IMG/VR virus record: IMGVR_UViG_3300022591_000012
Location: 1-54,453 of that record
DNA from: a virus
Lineage: Duplodnaviria > Caudoviricetes
Strand: one strand, 5' to 3'
Length of the DNA: 54,453 nt
Shown in pieces: positions 1 through 8,241 of this stretch. Each line of letters opens with the position of its first letter. The first letter of the stretch is position 1. Under the pieces are notes generated by a model. The model was not told the origin of the DNA and ran no database searches. It was given only the letters and a program-made list of their open reading frames with translations. A program made the position numbers and the translations under genes.

Positions 1-17
1 GCCGAGGGGCGGGTGGC

Positions 18-1388
18 GTGAGGGAGGATTACGCCCGGTTCCTCGCCGGGAAGGCCCCGAAGCCCGTTGCGATGGGCGTGGAGCCGTTACCCATGCCAGC
101 GCATTTGTTCGACTTCCAGGCCGCCGCAACGGCCTTTTGCATCCGCCAAGGGCGCGCCGCGCTGTTCTTGGATACTGGTCTCGGTAAGACCGTTTGCGAA
201 CTGGAGTTCGCCGCGCAAGGTGCCGCGGCAACGAACGGTTGGGCGCTGATCCTGACTCCGCTTGCCGTGGCGCGGCAGATCGAAACTGAGGGGCGCAGGT
301 TTGGGTATGATTGCCGGGTGATCCGGGACATGTCCCAAACGGGTCCGGGAATCAATATTTGCAATTACGACCGGCTGGATAAGCTGGATTGCGATGCGTT
401 CGGGTGCGTTGTTCTTGATGAGAGTTCGATACTTAAATCGTTCACCGGAGCAACAACGCGGGCGTTGATTGCCTCGTTCCAAGGCGTTCGGTTCCGCCTT
501 TGCGCAACCGCCACACCAGCGCCAAATGACCACACGGAACTCGGCAACCACGCTGAATTTCTCGGGATTATGAACCAAGCCGATATGCTTGTCCGGTGGT
601 TTATCAACGATACAAACGACACCGGAACATGGAGACTCAAGGGCCACGCTGCGGCGCAGTTTTGGGACTGGTGTGCGTCATGGGCCGTTATGGCTTCGTC
701 TCCATCTGATCTTGGCTTTGATGGGTCTCGGTTCGTTCTTCCGGAAATGAAAATCATTCGACATCAAGTGCGGGCTGAGATCGTTCCGGATGATGGTCTG
801 TTCGGGTTTAGTGTCTCCGCAACAGATATATTTAACCTTAAGAGGCAGACGGCAGAGGCTAGGGCCGATGCTGTCGCTGATCTCGTCGCATCGCAGCCCG
901 ACGAGCCGTGGTTGATTTGGTGCGACATCGACGCCGAAGCGGATGCGCTCGTGAAGCGGATACCGGAAGCGGTTGAGGTTCGTGGGTCGCATTCCCCTGA
1001 AAAGAAAGAGGCGGCGATTGCCGCGTTCGTTAGCGGAGAACGGCGCGTCATCGTTTCCAAAACGAAGATCATGGGCGCCGGCCTAAACCTGCAACGTTGC
1101 GCACGGATGGCATTTGTTGGGCGATCCTTCTCATACGAATCGTGGTATCAAGCTGTTCGGCGGTGCTGGCGATTTGGGCAGACTCGGCCGGTTCATGTCC
1201 ACCTGATCGTTGCCGAGGGCGAAGATCAAATCGGGCGCGTGATTGACCGCAAGGCCGAGGGGCATGAAGCCATGAAAGAAAACATGCGTGATGCGTCGTG
1301 CCGTTCCATGGCGAAGTCGTCCGAAGTCAAGGTTCCATACGCACCAACATACGAGGGGAGGTTTCCGACATGGCTATTCGCTGCTTGA
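18..1388 (+). CDS. SF2 (SNF2/DEAD-like) phage helicase
   Basis: Walker A DTGLGKT, LDESS, ATATPAPND, GAGLNLQ and QAVRRCWRFGQ helicase motifs; GTG start close to window edge. Confidence 0.9.
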   Translation: MREDYARFLAGKAPKPVAMGVEPLPMPAHLFDFQAAATAFCIRQGRAALFLDTGLGKTVCELEFAAQGAAATNGWALILTPLAVARQIETEGRRFGYDCRVIRDMSQTGPGINICNYDRLDKLDCDAFGCVVLDESSILKSFTGATTRALIASFQGVRFRLCATATPAPNDHTELGNHAEFLGIMNQADMLVRWFINDTNDTGTWRLKGHAAAQFWDWCASWAVMASSPSDLGFDGSRFVLPEMKIIRHQVRAEIVPDDGLFGFSVSATDIFNLKRQTAEARADAVADLVASQPDEPWLIWCDIDAEADALVKRIPEAVEVRGSHSPEKKEAAIAAFVSGERRVIVSKTKIMGAGLNLQRCARMAFVGRSFSYESWYQAVRRCWRFGQTRPVHVHLIVAEGEDQIGRVIDRKAEGHEAMKENMRDASCRSMAKSSEVKVPYAPTYEGRFPTWLFAA

Positions 1389-2254
1389 ACGAAGCGCACG
1401 GGGAAAACTGGTCTCTGTATCACGGGGACTGCGTTGATGTTGTACGTCAGTTGCCGGACGCCTGTATCGGTTTTTCCGTCTTTTCTCCGCCGTTCTCAAA
1501 CTTGTTCGTATATTCGGACAGCGAGAGCGATATGGGGAACAGCGCCGATGACGGAGAGTTCTTCCGGCACTACGGGTTCCTGTTGGAACAAATGACGCGC
1601 AAGATGAAGCCGGGTCGCTTGGCCGCAGTCCATTGCTCCGATCTGCCGTTGACGAAATGGCGTGACGGCGTGATTGGGATCAAGGACTTCTCGGGCGATA
1701 TCATCCGCGCGCATGAAGCGGCCGGGTGGATACTGCACAGCCGCGTGACGATCTGGAAAGACCCGGTTGTCGAGATGACGCGAACGAAGGCGCTTGGCCT
1801 GCTCTACAAGCAGTTGCAGAAGGACAGCACTCGTAGCCGGCAGGGGATGGCGGACTATCTGTTGGTGTTCCGCGCGCCGGGCGAAAACATCGAGCCCGTC
1901 GGACAGGACAGTAATCTTTTTCCAGTTGACCAGTGGCAGAAATGGGCGTCGCCGGTCTGGATGGACATCCGGCAAACCAACACGCTGAACGTCCAGCAGG
2001 CACGCGAAGGGTCGGACGAGCGGCACGTCTGCCCGCTACAACTTGACCTGATTGAGCGCGCAACGCTGCTTTGGAGTAACCGCGGCGATGTGGTTCTGTC
2101 CCCGTTTACCGGGATTGGGTCTGAGGGATTTTCTGCCGTGAAACTACGGCGGAAGTTTCTGGGCGTTGAGTTGAAGGCTTTATACTTTGATGTCGCGGCG
2201 AAGAACCTACGAAATGCGGAAGCCGGCGCCGTTGACCTGTTCGATGCAGCATGA
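1370..2254 (+). CDS. DNA methyltransferase (N4-C/N6-A, beta class)
   Basis: HGDC, catalytic SPPF, HVCPLQL and SAM-binding LSPFTGIGSEG; SD GAGGGGAG before ATG 1370. Confidence 0.9.
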   Translation: MAIRCLNEAHGENWSLYHGDCVDVVRQLPDACIGFSVFSPPFSNLFVYSDSESDMGNSADDGEFFRHYGFLLEQMTRKMKPGRLAAVHCSDLPLTKWRDGVIGIKDFSGDIIRAHEAAGWILHSRVTIWKDPVVEMTRTKALGLLYKQLQKDSTRSRQGMADYLLVFRAPGENIEPVGQDSNLFPVDQWQKWASPVWMDIRQTNTLNVQQAREGSDERHVCPLQLDLIERATLLWSNRGDVVLSPFTGIGSEGFSAVKLRRKFLGVELKALYFDVAAKNLRNAEAGAVDLFDAA

Positions 2255-2409
2255 CCCAGCAGCCGCCCCTTGGCCTCGCCGATCTCGAAGGGCGCGTCGC
2301 AGTCGCCGCACCCACAACGCTGGTGATGCTCCCCGCCGGGTGGCTGCGGGCGCTGATCGCGTATGTGCGGGCGCTGGAGAAACGGGCGGGGAAGGTCCGC
2401 GCGGCATGA
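2251..2409 (+). CDS. small hypothetical protein (52 aa)
   Basis: ATGA overlap with MTase stop; MTQQPPLGLADLEGRVAV...; below ORF-track cutoff. Confidence 0.5.
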   Translation: MTQQPPLGLADLEGRVAVAAPTTLVMLPAGWLRALIAYVRALEKRAGKVRAA

Positions 2410-2466
2410 GCCGACATTTGCACCCGCTATCCACAGTAAACCATAGCAACAACCGCGTCGGTTCGA

Positions 2467-2495
2467 TTGTTAACCTATTGGATTTTCGCTATAAC
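2467..2495 (+). promoter_or_regulatory. putative sigma70 promoter
   Basis: TTGTTA-17 nt-TATAAC in an AT-rich intergenic gap. Confidence 0.5.
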
Positions 2496-2565
2496 AGGAG
2501 CGGATCAGGCGGGCGCTGGACACGTCCGCCTGATCTTAGCACCGAACCGTGAAAGGGTTCAGGCC

Positions 2566-2766
2566 ATGCCCGACCACAACCTAAGCACAAACGCGCCAGT
2601 TTTTCACGCGGATTTTGAAGCGGCGCGGCGCACGTTTATGACAGCCTTCGCGGTGTTTATGGGAAACTCGGCCGTGCCAGCGCACATCCGCGAGGCGGAA
2701 TACCTCGGCACCGTTTCTGCGCTGACGCAGATCGCCGTGCTGTCGGGGGTGAAGTCCCATGCCTGA
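2566..2766 (+). CDS. hypothetical protein
   Basis: SD AAAGGG; MPDHNLSTNAPV...; overlaps start of the DnaB-like gene. Confidence 0.55.
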   Translation: MPDHNLSTNAPVFHADFEAARRTFMTAFAVFMGNSAVPAHIREAEYLGTVSALTQIAVLSGVKSHA

Positions 2767-4267
2767 CGGGGATACGCCGCTCTTTGGCCTCTCGCACCGG
2801 CTTCCGCCGACCAACATGCAGGCCGAGCAGGCGTTGCTTGGCGCGATATTCTGCAACAACAAGGCATTCGATTTATGCGCCGGGCTGGAGGCGGAGCATT
2901 TCGCTGATCCGGTTCATGGATTCATCTTCAAGGAGTCGGCACGGCTGATCGGCGAGGGGCGGAGCGTTTCGCCTGTCACGCTCAAGGCGTTATTCGAGCA
3001 CAACGGCGTGCTTAACGATGTCGGTGGGGTGAAATACCTCAACGAACTGATTACGGCGATGGTCGGCATCATCAACGCAGGCGACTACGCCCGCGCCATC
3101 CGTGACGCATGGCTTCGCCGGCAACTGATCGCCGTTGGCGAGGAAGCGGTGAACCTGGCGTTCGGCGCGGATACTGCGATCGACGGAGAGGCGGCGGTAA
3201 CGGCAACAATGGACCGCCTGCTGGCGCTTGGCGAGGCGTCGGGAGACAAGCGCGGGACAGACTTTTCCGTGGCGTCCAAAGCCGCGTTTGAGCGATCTGC
3301 CGCGTCGCATCGCGGAGACGCAGGGCAGTCGCGCTTGGATACCGGGATACCCGGCGTTGACCCGCTGTGGGCCGGCTTGTGGCCCGGACAACTGTATTAC
3401 CTGATGGCACGGTCACGCACCGGCAAGACGCCGTGTATGATGCAGATCGCCCGGCACGTTGCATCGCAGTTGAAGGCGGAGGGCGAAGCGTCAAAACGGG
3501 CGCCGGGGCACGTCCATGTTTTCAGCCTGGAAATGACCGCGGAAGACCTGTTGACAATAAATCTCGCGTCTACCACCCGATGGACCGCGGATCAGATCAG
3601 GGCGGGGGATATCGGCGGACCTGCGGACTGGCTGGAGTTTGAGTGCGCGTCGGCACTCCTGGGCACTCTGCCAATAGTAGTTGACGACTGCGCCGAAATC
3701 GACATGGCAACCCTCTCCTTGCGAGCCAGGGTAGTCAAGCGGCGACGCAATACGCGGTTGATCTGCATCGACTACCGTGAGTTGGTCCGGCGCGGACGGG
3801 ATCAGGTTCGCATGGGGTTGCCGGAGTGGATACCGTTTCTCGGCTACCAGTTTAAGGCGCTGGCGAAATCCCTGAATGTCCCGGTGATTGCCTTGGCGCA
3901 GATAAACAAGGGGCGGGACGGGCAGGATAGCACGCGCCCGACTTTGACTGACCTTCCGTACGATGGCGGACAGGCGGCCGATGCCGTTTTCAGCCTTTAT
4001 AGGCCGGAACTTTACATGGGAGACGAACCACCCAAGCCGGCCGTGACTATATCCGCGGACAAGCAAAACCAACGCGATGCCGAGTGGCGTCGCGAGAAGG
4101 AATCCACGCGCGGGCTGGCTGAGTTCAGTGCGCTCAAGCGGCGATTCGGTCCGCCGGGCCGGATCAATCTTCGGTTCGACGGGCCGAGGATGCTCCTGTC
4201 GAAGTGGCGGGATACGTCTGACTTTGATGAACATTACGCAGTGAGCGGGGCTGATTATGGCAGATGA
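2759..4267 (+). CDS. dnaB: DnaB-like replicative helicase
   Basis: N-terminal PPTNMQAEQALLGAI, Walker A-like ARSRTGKT, VFSLEM, ICIDY, PVIALAQIN, ADAVFSLYR. Confidence 0.92.
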   Translation: MPDGDTPLFGLSHRLPPTNMQAEQALLGAIFCNNKAFDLCAGLEAEHFADPVHGFIFKESARLIGEGRSVSPVTLKALFEHNGVLNDVGGVKYLNELITAMVGIINAGDYARAIRDAWLRRQLIAVGEEAVNLAFGADTAIDGEAAVTATMDRLLALGEASGDKRGTDFSVASKAAFERSAASHRGDAGQSRLDTGIPGVDPLWAGLWPGQLYYLMARSRTGKTPCMMQIARHVASQLKAEGEASKRAPGHVHVFSLEMTAEDLLTINLASTTRWTADQIRAGDIGGPADWLEFECASALLGTLPIVVDDCAEIDMATLSLRARVVKRRRNTRLICIDYRELVRRGRDQVRMGLPEWIPFLGYQFKALAKSLNVPVIALAQINKGRDGQDSTRPTLTDLPYDGGQAADAVFSLYRPELYMGDEPPKPAVTISADKQNQRDAEWRREKESTRGLAEFSALKRRFGPPGRINLRFDGPRMLLSKWRDTSDFDEHYAVSGADYGR

Positions 4268-5417
4268 CGGCGAATGCCTCCCGGAGCCTATGACGGCCGC
4301 AGATTGCGACTTGACGGATTTTAAGTTTATGCCGCTTGAAGTCGTTCGATTGCGTAAGTCAAAAGCGTGGCTTTTCGCGAAACGCGAACCGGAAATCGGT
4401 TTCTACGCGATTAACCTTTGGGCGATGTCGTGGCATGAGGTGCCGGCCGCGTCGTTGGAAGACGACGACGACGTATTGGCCGATTATGCCATGTGCAGCC
4501 CGGAACGATGGCCCGATGTTCGCGAGAAGGTGTTGCGAGGCTGGGTCAAATGCAGCGACGGCAGGCTCTACCACGCCACTGTCGCAGAGAAGGCAAAGGA
4601 GTCGTGGGAGCGCAAACAGGAACAGCGACACAGGACCGAGGGCGCGCGACGGGCGCGGGAAGCCAAACGACAGGCTATGTTGTCAGGGCATACACAACAC
4701 GTGACAGACGTTGCCACAACCTCTGTAACAGACAATGTGGCGAACGATGTGACAGACTCTGTTGCCATCGCCACAGAGATTGCCACTTCATCCAAGGGAC
4801 AGGGACAGGGACAGGGACAAAAGGAAGAACCATCTTCGCTTCGCTCAGATGCGCCGGTTGTCGAACTCGATCCCGGCAAGGCGCTGTTCGGCGAGGGGTT
4901 GGAAACCCTGGCTCGGTTAGCAGGCAAACCCGCCGACAAGGTGCGCGGTTTTCTTGGCAAGTGCCGGAACGCGATGAAAGACGATGCCGGGCTGCTGGAA
5001 CTGATCCGCACTGCCGAGCGCGAGTTGATCGTTGATCCCTTGGCATGGCTCACGGCCACGGTGAAATGCCGTTCAGGCCCTCCGTTGCTTGCCGCCATCG
5101 ATGACCCGTGGGGCATTCGCGCATGGTCCTCCCGGCAGGCGGATGCCAAGCTGGAAACCGACGCCAGGACCGGGAAACAGGTGCTAGCCATCAACGGGTA
5201 TCTCATCGAGGCCAGTGCGGATGTTGTCGCGGAAGCGGCTGGGTTGCCGGAAAGCTGGCGCGGGAATTGGGACGCGCTTGGCGGATGGATGCGCGCGGAC
5301 ATCGAACTCACGGCCGAGGTTTTGGCGGCGATATCCGGCCATGCCGGGCGTCTTGGGTCAATCAGTTCGATCGCGGTGTTTGACAGCACGGTTCGTTCGG
5401 TCAGGAGGGCGGCATGA
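4257..5417 (+). CDS. DUF1376/YdaU-like phage replication initiator
   Basis: DCDLTDFKFMPLEVVRLRKS, SWHEVPAASLEDDD, GWVKCSDGRLYH, then Thr-rich linker and KGQGQGQ typical of this family. Confidence 0.8.
   Translation: MADDGECLPEPMTAADCDLTDFKFMPLEVVRLRKSKAWLFAKREPEIGFYAINLWAMSWHEVPAASLEDDDDVLADYAMCSPERWPDVREKVLRGWVKCSDGRLYHATVAEKAKESWERKQEQRHRTEGARRAREAKRQAMLSGHTQHVTDVATTSVTDNVANDVTDSVAIATEIATSSKGQGQGQGQKEEPSSLRSDAPVVELDPGKALFGEGLETLARLAGKPADKVRGFLGKCRNAMKDDAGLLELIRTAERELIVDPLAWLTATVKCRSGPPLLAAIDDPWGIRAWSSRQADAKLETDARTGKQVLAINGYLIEASADVVAEAAGLPESWRGNWDALGGWMRADIELTAEVLAAISGHAGRLGSISSIAVFDSTVRSVRRAA
4700..4790. repeat. iteron-like short repeats, candidate phage origin
   Basis: GTGACAGAC / GTAACAGAC / GTGACAGAC plus TTGCCAC copies in the initiator linker, followed by (GGGACA)n. 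Confidence 0.5.
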
Positions 5418-5541
5418 CGGCGCCGATCCCCCACGCGGCTGGCGCCCGGCGAGGCGTGGCCCGGCTTCGGTGCTCCGGGCGTGTCGTGGGAAGGGCTGCG
5501 GACGGAACCGCCATGGCTGGCTTCCTGGCGGGCTTGCTGTG

Positions 5542-6402
5542 ATGGGCGATCCGTTCCTGATTACCGGCCCCGCTGCAATCAGTTTGTCGGGCGGCAGGAC
5601 CAGCGGCTACCTGCTGTGGCGCATCCTCCAAGCGCACGGTGGAACGCTACCGCCCGATGTCGTGGTGACGTTCGCCAATACGGGCCGGGAAATGGAAGCC
5701 ACGCTTAACTTCGTGCGGGACATCGAAGCTCATTGGGGCCAGCATATCTACTGGCTGGAATACCGGCACGAACCAGGCAAGCACACGTTCGAGGTTGTTA
5801 GCCACAACAGCGCCAGCCGCAACGGAGAGCCGTTCGAACATGTGCTGCGGTCCCGGTCTATGCTCCCGAACCCCGTCATGCGGTTCTGCACGGTCGATCT
5901 GAAAATCCGGACCATGCGACGCTTCCTGAAGGCCGAATTTGGATGGGACAAGTGGACGCAGGTCGTCGGACTGCGGGCCGATGAACCCCGCAGGGTGGCT
6001 AAGGCCACAGACCCCGAAAAGCAAAAGCGGAACGCCGAACCCGGATGGGTGGTCTGCCCGTTGGCTGCGGCCGGGGTTCAGGAAATCGACGTGTTCCGGT
6101 TCTGGCGCACGCAACCCTTCGATCTGCGACTGAAAGGGCCGTGGGAAGGCAATTGCGATGGCTGCTTTCTGAAGAACCGCGGCGGGATTAGCCGTATGTG
6201 CCGAGACCATCCGGAGCGAATGCAGTGGTGGGCTGACGTGGAGAAATCGGCGCGAGGCCGGACGGAAAACCCGGCCATGAGCAACTTTCGCGCCGATCGG
6301 GAAGATTACGCGACAATGCTGCGGATCACCCGCGACCAGGGCGCGCTACCGTTCGACCTGGAGGATTCCATTCCCTGCGATGCGGCCGGGTGCGGCGTAT
6401 GA
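5542..6402 (+). CDS. PAPS reductase family (PP-loop) phage protein
   Basis: SLSGGRTS PP-loop, FANTGRE, RFCTVDLKI, VGLRADE, GNCDGCFLK. Confidence 0.85.
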   Translation: MGDPFLITGPAAISLSGGRTSGYLLWRILQAHGGTLPPDVVVTFANTGREMEATLNFVRDIEAHWGQHIYWLEYRHEPGKHTFEVVSHNSASRNGEPFEHVLRSRSMLPNPVMRFCTVDLKIRTMRRFLKAEFGWDKWTQVVGLRADEPRRVAKATDPEKQKRNAEPGWVVCPLAAAGVQEIDVFRFWRTQPFDLRLKGPWEGNCDGCFLKNRGGISRMCRDHPERMQWWADVEKSARGRTENPAMSNFRADREDYATMLRITRDQGALPFDLEDSIPCDAAGCGV

Positions 6403-7076
6403 ACGCCATCACCCGCGTCAAGGTGCAGCGTTGCCGGAAGTGCCACTGCACGGCCGATCAGGTCCGCTTCCGCCGTGCGCGCGTATGCGACTCCTGCGAT
6501 GCGGTCGAGAAGGCCGAGCGTGCGGCGCGGATAGCTGACCGCCCGAATCGGGTGCCGGTGGTCAAGAGGGTCGATCCCGGCGACTGCCCCGAGCACCGGG
6601 CCTGGGTGGCGAGCCTGCCGTGTGCGGTGCCAGGGTGCCGCGGCAAGAGTGACCCGCACCACGTTCGCGCCGGCACCGACTGCGGCACCGGCATAAAGCC
6701 TTCCGATGCTTGGTGTGTGCCCCTCTGCGGCGGCTTGGCCGGGCACCACATGGAGGGCCATCGCATCGGCTGGCGGACATTCGAGGCCCGGCACGGCGGG
6801 ATCGATCTCCGCTTCCTCGCCACAGAACTGGCGGCGAGGTCGCCATACCTGACCGCCAAACCCAACCCCAAGAGGACTGACGCGATGACCCCTATCGAAC
6901 GCTTGACGGCCTACCTCGCCGCGCTCCCGCCGTCAGAAGATAGCATCCCGATCGACTGCACGCTCGCCGGGTCGCTTACTGTCGGCGATCTTCGCGCTGT
7001 GCTGGCGGCACTCGACGCGGCGAACGCCGAACTCAACCGCCAGGCAGGCGACGGTCTTGGGGACCGGGGAGCGTAG
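6399..7076 (+). CDS. DUF968/HNH-like Zn-binding nuclease-like protein with C-terminal extension
   Basis: WVASLPCAVPGC...DPHHVR...GIKPSDAWCVPLC...HH...H; ATGA overlap. Confidence 0.75.
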   Translation: MNAITRVKVQRCRKCHCTADQVRFRRARVCDSCDAVEKAERAARIADRPNRVPVVKRVDPGDCPEHRAWVASLPCAVPGCRGKSDPHHVRAGTDCGTGIKPSDAWCVPLCGGLAGHHMEGHRIGWRTFEARHGGIDLRFLATELAARSPYLTAKPNPKRTDAMTPIERLTAYLAALPPSEDSIPIDCTLAGSLTVGDLRAVLAALDAANAELNRQAGDGLGDRGA

Positions 7077-7078
7077 CC

Positions 7079-7369
7079 ATGCCCTGCATCCGATTGGGCG
7101 GCGGCGGGATAGTCTGTGTTTCCGCTGTATACAAGCCCGGCGATCTTCCGCCTGAAGGCTACCTTGCGTGGCAAGAGTGGGCAGAGGTCCAGCGAAATGC
7201 CGGGATCAAGCTGGTCGTGTGCCCGACGTGCGGGCTTTATCGGACGCCGCAAGAACTGAGCACGCGGGAAATCCGGTGGACCGTCTACGATCGGCGCAAA
7301 CAGCCGCACGCGAGATCGGCGTTCGAGTGCGCGAAGTGTGCCGAGAAGCGGCCGGATGGCGGATCGTGA
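7079..7369 (+). CDS. small Zn-finger protein
   Basis: CPTC and CAKC pairs; SD GGGGAG. Confidence 0.65.
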   Translation: MPCIRLGGGGIVCVSAVYKPGDLPPEGYLAWQEWAEVQRNAGIKLVVCPTCGLYRTPQELSTREIRWTVYDRRKQPHARSAFECAKCAEKRPDGGS

Positions 7370-7421
7370 CCGCAGAAATCCCGTTGCATCTTCCAGCCCG
7401 ATCGGATACATGCGGCGGACT

Positions 7422-7509
7422 GCATTGGTGGACGAGTGGCTTAAGTCAGCGGCCTAATCAGCCGTCAGAGCCTTCGGGTCTCTCGGGAGTTCGAATCTCC
7501 CCCAAGGCA
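7422..7509 (+). tRNA. atypical class II-like tRNA, anticodon AAT (nominally Ile)
   Basis: Acceptor GCATTGG/CCAAGGC (1 mismatch), D-arm GAC-GAGTGGCTTAA-GTC, anticodon arm GCGGC-CTAATCA-GCCGT, 19-nt variable arm with TTCG loop, T-arm GGGAG-TTCGAAT-CTCCC; no encoded CCA. Confidence 0.7.
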
Positions 7510-7523
7510 GCATCCAGTTTGCC

Positions 7524-7620
7524 TATGCCTTGTCGTCCCGACATTGGATAGGGACAGCCCCGCGCGACGGTGCGCAACGACGGCGGGGCGCCGGGTTCGA
7601 TGCCCGGGCAAGGATACCCA
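7524..7620 (+). ncRNA. tRNA-like RNA with expanded anticodon arm, ending in CCA
   Basis: CCTTGT/GCAAGG acceptor, GTCCC/GGGAC D-stem with TGG in loop, GCCCCGC/GCGGGGC stem with 19-nt loop, T-arm CCGGG-TTCGATG-CCCGG, 3' CCCA. Confidence 0.55.
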
Positions 7621-7745
7621 TGCCGAGCGGTTCGGAGGCGTTGAGGATCGAGAGATAGCCGGGGAGGCCCATAGCGAGGCTGATGATCCGGTAAAGGGTA
7701 GATCGGAGCCAATGACCGGCGGACCTGTCCCGCGCATCGACAGGC

Positions 7746-7783
7746 AAAGGGCCGCCCGGGTTCATCCCCGTGAGCGGCCCTTT
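7746..7783. terminator. bidirectional intrinsic terminator
   Basis: AAAGGGCCGC...GCGGCCCTTT between convergent units. Confidence 0.7.
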
Positions 7784-7818
7784 CGTTTGGAACGCCGTAA
7801 CCGGATTACCGGGGCCGG

Positions 7819-8001
7819 TCACTCATCGGCCGCAGCCTCCGTCAATTCGTCCCGGATTTCGCGCCAATCTAGCCTGTCCATGTTGAGCGCCCGGCAGCAC
7901 TGCCCTTCCGACAAGACGCCCTCGTTGTGCAAGCGCACGATCAAGCTAAGCGCCAAGATCAACCGACTGTCTTCGGTGGTCTCGGATTTAGCGTTCGGCA
8001 T
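7819..8001 (-). CDS. small HTH-like hypothetical protein
   Basis: GVLSEGQCCRALNMDRLDWR; last gene of a coupled leftward operon. Confidence 0.6.
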   Translation of the reverse strand: MPNAKSETTEDSRLILALSLIVRLHNEGVLSEGQCCRALNMDRLDWREIRDELTEAAADE

Positions 8002-8004
8002 GTT

Positions 8005-8241
8005 TCACACCCTCAAAAAAGCATCTGCCTGATCGTAGAAACGGTTGTGCACGGCGCCTTCCAGTTCGATCTTCTGGCGTTCGATCTCACCGTGCAACCG
8101 CTCGATCTCTGCCTTGAGTTCCGCCACCGCCTCGGCCGGCGTCGTGTCGCTGTCTTCGATGCCGAGGGCGCGGATCACCGCGTCAAGGTCATTGGCGTCG
8201 GAGAGCGGGACGGCCGTGGTTATGGATTTGTCAGTTGCCAT
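8005..8241 (-). CDS. hypothetical coiled-coil protein
   Basis: ORF tightly packed in leftward operon. Confidence 0.6.
   Translation of the reverse strand: MATDKSITTAVPLSDANDLDAVIRALGIEDSDTTPAEAVAELKAEIERLHGEIERQKIELEGAVHNRFYDQADAFLRV

Noticed and set aside
4795-4820. (GGGACA)n as a contingency locus
   Set aside because: In-frame hexamer encoding the GQGQ linker usual in this initiator family
5215-5541. N-terminal extension of the PAPS-reductase ORF in the track
   Set aside because: Overlaps the initiator gene; family-like sequence starts at ATG 5542
7453-7460. Amber suppressor reading (CTA anticodon)
   Set aside because: The 5-bp stem and U33 place the anticodon at AAT, not CTA
7676-7720. 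Hammerhead ribozyme (CTGATGA followed by a stem)
   Set aside because: The required GAAA after stem II reads GCCA, and no NUH/stem III arrangement fits
7795-7820. Sixth copy of the pseudoknot motif (GTAACCGGATTAC)
   Set aside because: Lies after a terminator with no downstream plus-strand gene and lacks the competing helix
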